Shown piece after piece: positions 52,871 to 64,000 of a stretch of DNA of 64,000 bases. How positions within the stretch are numbered: position 1 is the first letter of the stretch; each line of letters starts with the position of its first letter. Source of the DNA: Callorhinchus milii (taxonomy: Eukaryota); the NCBI RefSeq assembly GCF_018977255.1, contig NW_024704743.1, forward strand, positions 98,272,001 through 98,336,000, read 5' to 3'. The translations under genes were made by a program, and so were the position numbers. The notes beneath the pieces were generated by a model, which was not told the origin of the DNA, made no database searches, and saw nothing but the letters and a program-made list of their open reading frames with translations.

Positions 52871-55045
52871 TTTTTTACAAATACATTAAGAGGAATAGGC
52901 TAGTGAGGGTAAATGTAGGTCCACTACAGTCAGAGACGGGAGAAGTTGTAATGGGGGACAAGGACATGGCAGAGTCCCTAAATGGGTACTTTGCATCTGT
53001 CTTCACCCTAGAAGACACAACAAGTCTGCTAACAATAGAGATGCACCAAAGGGATAAGGACAGGGAGCAACTTCGGGATATTTTCATAAGTAGAGAATTG
53101 GTGCTAGGGAAACCGTCAGCACTAAAAAGTGACAAATCCCCTGGTCTGGATGGCTTGCACCCCAGGGTTTTAAAAGAGGAGCTTATGAGATAGTGGTGGC
53201 CTTATATCTGATCTTCCAAAATTCCTTGGATTCTGGAACAGTCCCCATGGATTGGAAGATTGCAAATATCACACCACTGTTTAAAAAGGGTGGAAAGGAA
53301 AAGATGGGTAACTATAGGCCAGTTAGTCTCACATCAGTGATAGGAAAATTTTTAGAATCATTGATTAAGGATGTGGTAGTGTGGTATTTAGAGGAGCACA
53401 ATATAATTAGGCGAAGTCAACATGGCTTTACAAAAGGGAAGTCATGTTTGACAAATCTCATAGAGTTTTTTGAGGACATTTCCAGTAAACTAGATAAGGG
53501 TGAATCAGTGGATGTGGTCTATTTGGACTTCCAGAAAGCATTCGATAAGGTGCCGCATAAAAGGTTAGTTCAAAAGATAAGGGCCCATGGAATTGGGGGG
53601 AGCATATGAACGTCGATTGGGGAATGGTTAACGGGTAGGAAACAAAGAGTAGGGATAAACGGGTCCTTTTTGGATTGGCGGGATGTGACTAGTGGAGTGC
53701 CACAAGGATCAGTCCTTGGGCCTCAGCTATTTACCATCTACATCAACGATCTAGATGAGGACATCGAAGTTAATATATCTAAATTCGCGGATGACACAAA
53801 ACTAGGAGGAAGTGCCAACACAGAGGACGACATTAAAAAAATGCAGCGAGACATAGATAGGTTAGGTGATTGGGCAGGTAGGTGGCAGATGAAGTATAAT
53901 GTAGGGAAGTGCGAAGTCATCCACCTAGGTAGCAAAAACAGTAGAGCGGGTTATTTTTTAGAAGGGGAGAGATTGGAATGTGTTAGCGTCCAGAGGGACT
54001 TGGGTGTCCTTGTACACCAATCACAGAAAGTTAGTCTGCAGGTGCAGCAGCAATTAGGAAGGCGAACGGTATGTTAGCATTCATTATGAAAGGATTAGAG
54101 TATAAGAGTAGGGAAGTCTTGCTGCAACTGTATAGGGCCCTGGTGAGACCACACCTGGAATACTGTGTCCAGTTTTGGTCTCCTCATTTAAGGAAGGATG
54201 TACTTGCCTTGGAGGGGGTGCAGCGTAGATTTACTAGGTTAGTGCCAGGGATGAAGGGGATGAGTTACGAGGATAGGCTGACCAATTTGGGCCTATATTC
54301 TCTAGAATATAGAAGAATTAGAGGGGATCTTATAGAAACCTATAAGATCATCAAAGGGCATGATAGAGTAGATAGTGGGAGATTGTTTCCCCTGGTTGGA
54401 GAAACTAAAACCAGGGGTCACAACCTTAAAATCAGAGGCCAGCCCTTTCGCACTGAGTTGAGGAAGAACTTCTTCACTCAAAGGGTGGTGAATGTATGGA
54501 ACTCACTACCCCAAAGGGCTGTTGACACTCAGTCCTTGAACATATTCAAGACTGAGATAGATAGATTTCTTATTGCAAAAGGGATTAAGGGATATGGGGA
54601 TAAGGCAGGGTCAGGTTATTAGCTGGAGTTAGATGAGAAGATCAGCCATGATTGAATGATTGGAGTCCTGTAGCTCAGTGGTTGAGCACTCGCTTTGCAA
54701 GCTAGAGACCTGAGTTCAATTCCAGGCAGGGCGAAACCTTGGGCAAGTTTCCTTACTCCACACGCCTAATAATAATCCCTCCAAAACCAAAAAACAATAA
54801 TAAATTGGTCATTTTCAATCCATGACTGTTTGTGGGACATTGCTGTGCGCAATTGGCTGCCGCGTTCGCCCACAAATATACAGTCAATTCACTTTACAGT
54901 GTGTTCTGTGAAGCGCTTTGGGACGTCCTCCCGACGTGAAAAGCGCTATATCAAATGCAAGGATTATTATTATTATTATTAATGGCGCGGCAGGCTCGAA
55001 GGGCCGAATGGCCTACTCCTGTTCCTACATGTTAGTTATGTTATG
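52871..55045 (+). mobile_element. 5'-truncated CR1 LINE with a frameshifted RT; 3'UTR interrupted by a SINE at 54662-54980
   Basis: [46 protein letters not shown] resumes AATGGCG...GGCCTACTCCTG at 54981. Confidence 0.97.
54662..54980 (+). mobile_element. Young tRNA-Ala-like SINE, short variant, nested in CR1
   Basis: Full head to (ATT)n tail. Confidence 0.95.
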
Positions 55046-56789
55046 TGGTTCAGCAGGTTAAGAACTCTAAGGTTCTGGGTTCAAATGACAATATGCTCTC
55101 TCCTCGGTAAACAAAAGTACCATGCAAAAAATAATTTGGGCAGTATCACCACAGTTCTTTGTGGGCAAAGGTTCAGAATTTGAAATTGTCACTAAATTGG
55201 TGATATTACTCAGAGATGCTCTACGACTGTCTGGTTTTATAAACGTCACACTGGTACAACAGAGTTGATATCTTGATCTTCTCTCGGAGATATTCATTGC
55301 CGGGGGACAGTAAAAGGAATTCTCTGTGTGCATACTGCACCTGATTTGAGGGTGTTCAATACTGTTCTTTTCTGTCTGGAATGTTCTATTTGTGTGAAGC
55401 ACACTATATAAATGCAAGTTGCTGTTTTAGTTGTTGTTATCCCAAGATTGGTGACAGCTCATCATTACCATTTGCAATTTTTAAAAAAAATCTTACATAA
55501 GCTTCTGCAGAAGGGCTATGAAGCATAATTATATATTTGCGTAAAAATGTAAATTATTAATACAAAGAAAAAGCTTGGTATTTACTAAATTCAGTTATTT
55601 GTAACCTGATTAAAATAAATAAAAAAACATGTTTGGTTCAAAATGCATGGTATTTGCACTGACAGCAGGAGCTATTGATGTGCTAATTCAATAAGTGCTG
55701 CATGTGCACCACTGTGAGATTATGCGTGATACACAGTGAACATTTTGGCATCGGTAAAATACTGAGCAAGAATAAGACTTCTTGTTAAATATGAAAAAAT
55801 GAGTAGAGATCTGCAATGAGATGAAAAGTGAGAAAGACATTCATGTACGCACGTGCACATATACAGAGAATGTGTACGTGGGCGAGCGTAAAATACTGTG
55901 CTCAACAGGCCACATGAAACAGGATTACGTCAGACCTAAAAGGATACATGAAATACTTATTAAACTAAAATAATACAATTTACTTTATGTCAAGAGGGAG
56001 CACAATCTGAAATATCTATTTTATGATTTAAAGATAAATAATAATAATTCTTGCATTAGATATAGCGCCTTATCACATCTTCTAGATCTCAAAGTACTTC
56101 ACAGAATATACTGTAAAGTGAATGAACTGTATGTTTTGTGGGCGAAACGCACAGAAGTGTCCCACAAACAGTCGTGGATTAAGTGACCAAATTATTATTT
56201 TTTTTTGAAGGGATTATTAACCCTGGAAAAGCAATCCGGTAAATGTACTTGTTCCATATTTATCTATGAATGTATAATTGCTATGAAAAATCTGTCAGGT
56301 GTACATATTCTATTTAAACACATTGTGCATTTAAACCTACAATGGTGCATTCAAATGCAAATACCTATCTCTCATTACTTCCCCTTTGAAAGCAAATAAT
56401 ACAGTGACTGCACGGTTGATGTGCTCATACCCTATTACCATATTTAGCTTCCCTCATGTAGCATGCTGGAGTCTTTCAAGCGATTGAATAAGTAATTAAT
56501 TAAAGCTGCACCTTTATGAAACAACCTAGCAAATAAGGTCACATACAATGATGATAACAGCATGTTGAATATGAAAGTAAACCTGAGATACACTGTGCAG
56601 TGTACTCCGGTTGTGTTGGAGTGATGCAGAGCAGCATGGCTAGATTCTGCAATGGTTGTTTTTGATTTCGTAACAATATCATAATAATAGAACATTGATT
56701 TCTTCCCATGTATGGAAAAATGAGAATGATCTCAGTGGACTGTGAAAGTGACTGTAAAGTCTTCAAGGAATGGAAGCATTTGGTGTCAC

Positions 56790-57666
56790 ACATATTGCTT
56801 GGGGCGAAAGCTGCTGCAAGGCATTACCTGGAGTCCAAGTTTGCGAACACACATTTGTACTTCTACCTTGACTGGCTTTAAGCTGCTGCTTAAACTCTGC
56901 ATCTCCAACTGGTGGAACCATCGCTCAATGGGAAGGAACCTGTTTCCGAACTATGGACGGGAAGACGGTGGCAGTGCTCTCATGTATATCATGCTGAACT
57001 GTGTGGCCCACCAGGAAGCTCAAGGGAGTTCCAGAAACCTACCATCCACTTACTGAAGGCTCAAACTTGCACATGTTGAATGTCAAACAGTAAGCGGGGC
57101 CTCCTTGGAGCTGCACTGGCTCTAAGATGACATATTTGGCAACAGAATGTTGGAATCGAGCCAGCCCTCTGTAGCAGTCTCAGTAGTCCGGTTCTTGAGT
57201 CAGGCACAACCACAGTATTCCAGGGCATTGCTGTTGACAGCACAGTGAACCTGGCTCCGTGCCAGGACTTGGAAGGGCAGACCAATCACTGGGGGCTGAG
57301 ACTCCTCCCACTCAGCTCCTGTTAACCTGCAAGCCAAAGCCCTAACAGATAGGGTGGTCCGAGCTGAACGAGCAGCGGGAAAGCTTGCTGAACACAGTGC
57401 TATCAATGGCAAGCTATCCAGTTTTAGCTGGTTCGATTCCAAGTACCCCATTGCACACTCTAGGATTGGCTCTTGCCAACCTGCACCTAATACTTTCCAG
57501 AATTAGGTAAGCAGGATGCGTCCATCCAAGGAGAAAGTGTGCATTCCATTCCAACAATCTATCTCCGGGATTTCCATGTGTAGGTGGGATGTATTCTTAG
57601 CTTGGTTTGGATACCCTTAAGCATGGTGATGGGATTCCGCATGTGTCAGACATTCGTCTGACCACA
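56790..57666 (+). repeat. Unclassified interspersed repeat, copy 4 of 4 (longest)
   Basis: Contains segments shared with each of the other three copies. Confidence 0.85.
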
Positions 57667-57667
57667 A

Positions 57668-57970
57668 TTAATAATAATAATAATCCTTGCATTTGATATA
57701 GTGCTTTTCACATCTTCAATACGTGTCAAAGCGCCTCACAGAATATACTGTAAAGTGAATTGACTGTATATTTGTGGACGAAACGTGGCAGTAAATTGCA
57801 CACAGCAGTGTCCCACAAATAGTCGTGGATTGAGTGACCAGCTTATTATTTTTTTTTCTTGAGTGATTATTATCAGGCGTGTGGAGTAAGCAAACTTCGC
57901 CCTGCTGGGAATTGAACTCAAGTCTCTCGCTTGCGAGGCGAGTGCTTTAACCACTGAGCTACAGGATTCC
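57668..57970 (-). mobile_element. tRNA-derived SINE with the short body and an older-type tail loop
   Basis: Head, body and (ATT)n tail. Confidence 0.9.
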
Positions 57971-58769
57971 AATTAACTGAAAAGGAGGCAGAAGAAGTCA
58001 GGTTAGACTTAGGAAGGCAGATTTTTTAAAATAAGTGTAAATGAAAGACCAGATCTCTCAGTTTTAAAACATTGGTTGGATTCAGAACAAACAATTTCCT
58101 GCTGGACTGAAGAATTTACTTTCCCTCTACACACCCACTTCATGTAAGAAACATAAGCTACCAAGCAGTAGCAGTTTTATAATGAATTCTGCTTTATTGG
58201 GACCTCCTTTAGATGAATTATTTTCACATACGAAACCTGAAATCCTTATGGGAAAGAAATGCATTATAAAATAGATGACGTCTGTAAAATTCACTTCATT
58301 ACACTCTAAAATATATACTCCCAAGTATTTTGGGTACTTGTAAATACAGACTGCCTCCCCCACCCTCCCCATCGATTGTATTGTCGGTAGGAGTTGTAGA
58401 GTGTGTTCCAGACAAGTGTAAGCTTTTATACGAGGAGCTCTCAGAAGGCTTTGTGGGTTTAATCTGTAAATGGTTATCAATAAAATAACAGTACCTGCAT
58501 TTTTGTCAGCAATTGGTCAGTGTTTTACAGAATCAGTTTTGGGCCATGTTGGAGTAGCCAGTTGAACAACATAGTTGTTCTTGTCCTTAAATTCCTAACA
58601 TCCCATGAAAACATGGCAATGTGAATGCTATACAAATGCCTTTTGAATAGATATTGGATTCCCGCTCACAACACAGCAGTAATCTGCATCTTCCTTCAAA
58701 AAACATTTTCCAGTCATGATCTGGGTCTTGAAAGGTCATTCTTAAAAAAGCTTCTTGCTTCCGACTTAC

Positions 58770-58812
58770 TCCAGCTCTGCGAGTGCATTTAACTCTACAC
58801 CGTCAAAGTCAT
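58770..58812 (-). CDS. Internal coding exon A (43 nt, phase 1 to 2) of an unidentified spliced gene; xDFDGVELNALAEL(D)
   Basis: Minus strand ctttaatag|AT GAC TTT...CTG GA|gtaagt; strong donor, open frame, joins exon B in phase. Confidence 0.7.
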
Positions 58813-61800
58813 CTATTAAAGCCCATTAAATCTTTAGAACATTTAAAAATTCAAGCAGTCAAAATATATCAGGTTTCATTTAGCTAATTCAAAAAAACTG
58901 AAAAGCCATGTATTGTCATTATTGAAGTGTAATAGTATATCAAGACTACTTCAATTGTAATATTTTAGTTTTAGAATCCTGAAAGATATCAAACATTATA
59001 CTGTGTAAATTGCCACAATGCTTGCTATCACTTATAGACAGCGCCAGCTGTTGAATTCTTTAGACTGTATTGGTCTCGAGAAGGCGTTTGATGGACCAAT
59101 TATTTTTAATTAACCACTTTCAGAACAAGGAAATGTTTGTAGCCTTTGGTAATGATCAGACAAGTGGGGAACTTCAATGTTCAAGTTTCTAAGAATACAG
59201 TTATCCAAAAACAGCATTTCCCTCCAGTTTTTTTTTTGATCGGAATTAATCCAGCTAATTTTTCTTCAAATCATTGACAAAATATAGTTAGTTTAAATAG
59301 CGCACTGTAAGAGCCTTAAAAATTCCTTGTTGCCTAATTTTTGTAGCTAAATTAAATAATTCATCTTTTGTACTGCAGCAAGTTTCAAAAGGGTCCTGTG
59401 AAAGTTCCATTGTGAATAGACTTCAATGTGGTTCTCAGGAGTTCATGAACTAAACAGTCTAAATAGTAAATCTGCCTGATAATTTCTGGTAGAAGCTGCA
59501 CATTTCTGTAACAATTTCTCAGTGATATATCAAGCACATTGTACTATCCTTTTAAATCTGTTATTTAAATGGATTGTGTTTGACATTAAGACACCTCTTA
59601 TAGACATGCTCAATGATGTTACTGAACCACGGGAGAAATGCACGATTGTTTATCTTCTATTCAAAATAATTGTAAGTACTCTATTTACAGCTTTATTTTT
59701 GCAACATAGCAAAATAAAACATCTTCTACAGTAGAATTAGATATATGGAAACATAAATTCACAGAATAAATAATGAAGACTGAATATAATACAGAATATA
59801 TAGTTTATCAATACAAATGCTGATGTTACGCACTGCTCTTTTAAACAGTCTCTTTAATTATAGTAGAATAGAAAAAGTATATTGTTTCCAGCGCCTTAGG
59901 ATATCCTCCCAACATGATAGGTGCTATACAAATGTAATTTGTTGTTTTTGTTGTTGCACGAGTTGGGAGTGGTTGCAATGGATTCAAAATTACTGAAGGA
60001 GGTACAAAGACTGCACATTATATCTGAAATAGATGTACGTGACAAAGGAGTTGTAACTGAGCCTTCTTTAGTAACATTGTACTATAATCAAAACTATGAT
60101 TTAAATACAGATTTCTCATAAAAACTAATATATTAAGCAAAATGACACTTGGATTCCAGTAATCTCATCTCACGTCATCAAATTATATTTTACATCAGCT
60201 TTCTGTCCTGCAAATTTATTTTATGCAAAACAGTTCAATTCAATGAAAATTAAGAACTTTATTACCACATTAATAATAAATAAGTCCCAATTAAACGGTT
60301 ATGTGCTATCGTAATTCGTTCCAAGGAGAAGCAGGAGAACTCATTTCAATAAAATAATACTTGCATTTGATGCAACACATTAAGATGATATAGCATCAAT
60401 CAAATCATTCACACAATAAGCTACTTTGAAGTGTAGTGACTGTTTTTACAAAGGCAAATAAATGCAGGAACAAATTTGCACCAGCAGTGTTCCACATGGA
60501 GCAATGAAATGAATAATCAATTAAGTTTATTTTTGGTGAGTTTGAATGAGGAGACAACTTGCATTTATGTAGTGCCCTTCACACAGAGTAGCGTCCTGGA
60601 TTTGCAGCATTTAAAACAGTAATGCCCAGGAAATTAGAACTCCCCGCTCTTCTTCAAAATAGTGCTATGAAGTTTGTATATTTACTTGAATCCTCAGAAC
60701 AGATAGACAGCATCTCAGTTTAACAACAGCGACTTGCATTTATGTTGTGCCCTTCACGTGGGCAGCATCTCAGAGCACTTGAACTTTAACATCACACCCA
60801 AAGGACCAAATGACCTATATTTCCAAGTAACATTAAGACCTGTAAATGGATTATTTAGAAATGATAATACCAATAAATCTGCAAATGTTAAAAAAAACTT
60901 CAATGACAATCATTACCATAATAATAACAATACTTGCATTTGATATAGTGCTTTTTAAATCTTCTAGATGTCTCAAAGCACTTCATAGAATATACTGGAA
61001 AGTGAATTGACTCCATACTTGTGGATGAAACGTGGCATCCAATTGCGCACAGCAGTGTCCCACAAACAGTCGTGGATTGAGAGACCAAATTATTATTGTT
61101 TTTTTTTGAAGGATTATTATCCCCGGCGAACCGCCAATCAACTAACAACTGGGTTCCTACTTACTGCAAGCTATACAGATGCATGTGGAGTAAGGAAACT
61201 TGCCTAACTTTCCGCCCTGCCAGGAATAGAACCCAGGTCTCTCGCTTGCGAGTGCTCTAACCACTGAGCTACAGGACTCCACCATCTGGTATTGACTCTT
61301 GTAAAGTATACATTACACAAAGTTTAAGACATAAAAGATACAGTATTTGATAATATAACACAGGATGGACACAGTACACGAAAAACAGATGAAGGGAGGA
61401 GAGGACATTGCAAAGTAATTATGTGGACTGCCCAAGACAAAATCCTACACTGAATGCAGAAGACAACCAGTCAAGCTTCTAGTTTCTGCAGAAAATGATA
61501 TTTTTTTATTAATGTACAACTAGAATTTTATAGAGCCATATTATACCCAAATACCTCAAAGTGCTTTACAGTAATTACTGTTAAACATCGCTACTGTTTT
61601 TTTGTAAGATCCATTGCATTATTTTACATTGCCATTTCATGTATATATCTCCAACCAATTTCATAGCTTGTGCCTCCCACCCCCTCCCTGATACTGAAAG
61701 CCACGTTATACAGCCCTCTCCTGTTTTGCTTGAAATACACTTAATTATCTCCATATGTGCAAAAAATACTGCTCCTGATTCATCTAGCCCCGAGTGTCTC

Positions 61801-62989
61801 ATTATGATCTCAAGAGCTGAGATTACTGTACCAAACTATTAACATTTAAAAAACATATGTTTATTTATTTAAAATACTATTTCTGTTTCATCAGTTATGT
61901 ATTTGTATTTTGTAAAATTTTGAAAACAAACATAATAGTAATAATCCATATAGTTGATATGATGTCTTATCATGTAATTGAAACAGCTCAACGTGATGCA
62001 CAGGATTTATTTTAGGGTTTATTGACTGTACAGTGTTAGCTGTTTGGTTCCTTAGTCCACAGCAACAATTTGCCCTTATTCTGTATTGAGCAACAGTGCA
62101 TATATGAGGGAGAGGGAACAGAGGGGTATAGGAGACAGAAAGGGAGAGGGGATAAACACCGGCACAGATTAGTTTGGCCAAATGGCCTATTTCAGTGTTA
62201 TACAATCTTTGTAATTTATGAAACAAACACACCCTTTCAAGTCAATTTGTGCGCACTTTTGTTGCTCTCCAAGAGCTTCAAGAACTACAGTATACTGTTC
62301 ACCTAGCAGTAAGTAGGAACCCGGTTGTTAGTCGATTGGCAGGTTGACTTTTCCAGGCTCAATAACCCCTTCAAAAAAAATTTTTAAAAATACTTTGTCA
62401 CTCAATCCACAACTGTTTGTGGGACACCGCTGTGCGCAATTGGCTGAAGCGCATGGAGACGTTTCGAAGACATGATGAGGCGCTATATGAAATGAAAGGA
62501 TTATATCAAATGCAAGGAGTATTATTATAACAAAGTGTGTGGCTCTAAGTCTGAATGTAAGTGGGTGCAGGGGAAGAGAAAAAGAGGGCTATATTTGTAA
62601 CACTGCTCTTCCACCTGCATTGACTATTCTAGAGAGAGTGTGAAGATTTAATTAACAATATTGTTCACGCTGTTACACCAGGGGAAAGAAATGCTGATGC
62701 AATTAATCTGTATTAGCAAGTCAAAAGACTAAAATAAAACAACACTGCACTTGCAGTGCTAATAACTCAAACAATCTTGGTTTGGGGAGAATACAATGTA
62801 AACAATGACCTAGTAGTTTGAAAATGAAAGAATTCTTTGGTGCTTCAGAAGTGGGAGGTGGAAGTAGCTACTCTAAATAGAACCTAATTAAATTGGATTT
62901 GGTTCATTGCAGTAACTGTTGAGTTAGGATGGAAATCAAAGGGAAATCAAATCTCAGCAATTTGGCTCCAATTTGCCATGAGAAAGAAT

Positions 62990-64000
62990 AAAAACAACAA
63001 TGTGCTCTTATATTGCATCTTTCACATAGGAAAATATCTTCTGTTACTTTACAGAGATGGAGTAATAGCAGGGTGGAGAGAAAAAAAAAGGGGGGGGGTT
63101 AGTAGGAGGTGGTTGACTGAAGTCAAAGAGACAGATTTTTAAGATGGATTTTGAAAGCAGATAAAAAAAGAGGGTATACAGTAAAGGGATTTTGGAAGAG
63201 AGTTCCAGTGACCTGAACAAAGTAGCTAAAAGCAGTTTGCAGAGCGAAGGGAGTGGGCAGGGTAGTAAGAAAGCAGGAGATTACAGACATAAGGTGGGGC
63301 AAGAGAGTGGAGACACTTTAAAGGATCCACCGGAGAAGGGGATAATAATATAATAATAATCCTTACATTTGACATAGTGCCTTATCACGTTGTCTCAAAG
63401 TGCTTCAAAGGATATACTGTAAAGTGAATTTTTGTATTATTTGGGATGCCAAAGTGCCTGATGAGGTTGGGGGTGATGGGCTCATGAAACCTCATATTGG
63501 AAAATGCAGTCTGGGGAGTTCAGGATTATCAGGAGATTATTATGTGCTGAGCAGGGGAGGTTGGTGAGCAGGGCCACTGAGAAATCAAGTCTGGAGGTGA
63601 CAAAGGCATGGGTGTATTTTCAGCTGTGTTGGAGGTGAGGTAGGGTTTGAGGTGGGTAATGTTGCAGAGATTTTCTGCTTTGAATGTGTGAAAACTCGCT
63701 ATGGCACTCGGCAACGGAAATGTCCCAAATGGTCCCTCGGCAACGGAAATGTCACTTTCGGTGCTAACGACTTCCACTGCATCTACATCACCTAAGAGGG
63801 TGGGAGGGGGGAGAGAGGAGGGAGGAGTAGAGGGAAAAAGGGGGGGCCAAGGAGAGGCGGGGAGCCAGGGGAGAGAGAGAGAGAAGGGAGGCTGGGGGAG
63901 AGAGAGATGGAGGGAGAGGAAGAGCTGAAGGTAGTTGAAGCAAACACTAACTCCACACAATTTGGAGGAAGCAAAATTCACCTTGTTGGTGATCTCCATT
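62990..64000 (-). mobile_element. Old L2 fragments with nested insertions
   Basis: L2 tail near 63000; [18 protein letters not shown] corresponds to HLRNIARLRHYLTPHAAE. Confidence 0.7.

Noticed and set aside
55067..55417. 116-aa ORF, and likewise 58127-58480, 15851-16087 and other short ORFs
   Set aside because: They begin in repeat or AT-rich sequence, have no recognisable domain and do not fit the splice chain
58232..58244. 13-nt candidate exon GATTTCAGGTTTC with a good acceptor and a gtatgt donor
   Set aside because: Including it shifts the frame and gives a stop in exon D; at most an alternative poison exon
63707..63753. CRISPR-like repeat-spacer-repeat
   Set aside because: Only two 18-bp units with an 11-bp gap, in vertebrate DNA with no cas genes

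Overview
Repeat-rich vertebrate genomic DNA. The mix of L2 and CR1 LINEs with SacSINE1-like DeuSINEs suggests a cartilaginous fish, possibly a holocephalan; this is inferred, not shown. Almost every ORF in the supplied track is a retroposon fragment or chance. Reading the minus strand for splice signals gives eight GT-AG exons (43, 25, 20, 33, 30, 35, 81 and 185 nt) spread over about 56 kb. They join in phase into the last ~150 codons of a protein I cannot name. The introns hold a near-complete 3.4 kb L2 with target-site duplications (TSDs), older L2 and CR1 fragments, two SINE groups that use the L2 3' stem-loop, two Tigger/pogo-like MITEs, four copies of an unclassified ~0.9 kb repeat, nested insertions and a permuted inverted duplication. 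I see no CRISPR, rRNA or genuine tRNA gene, and nothing I can show to be a new system. The best leads are the microexon gene, the chimeric SINE and the unclassified repeat.
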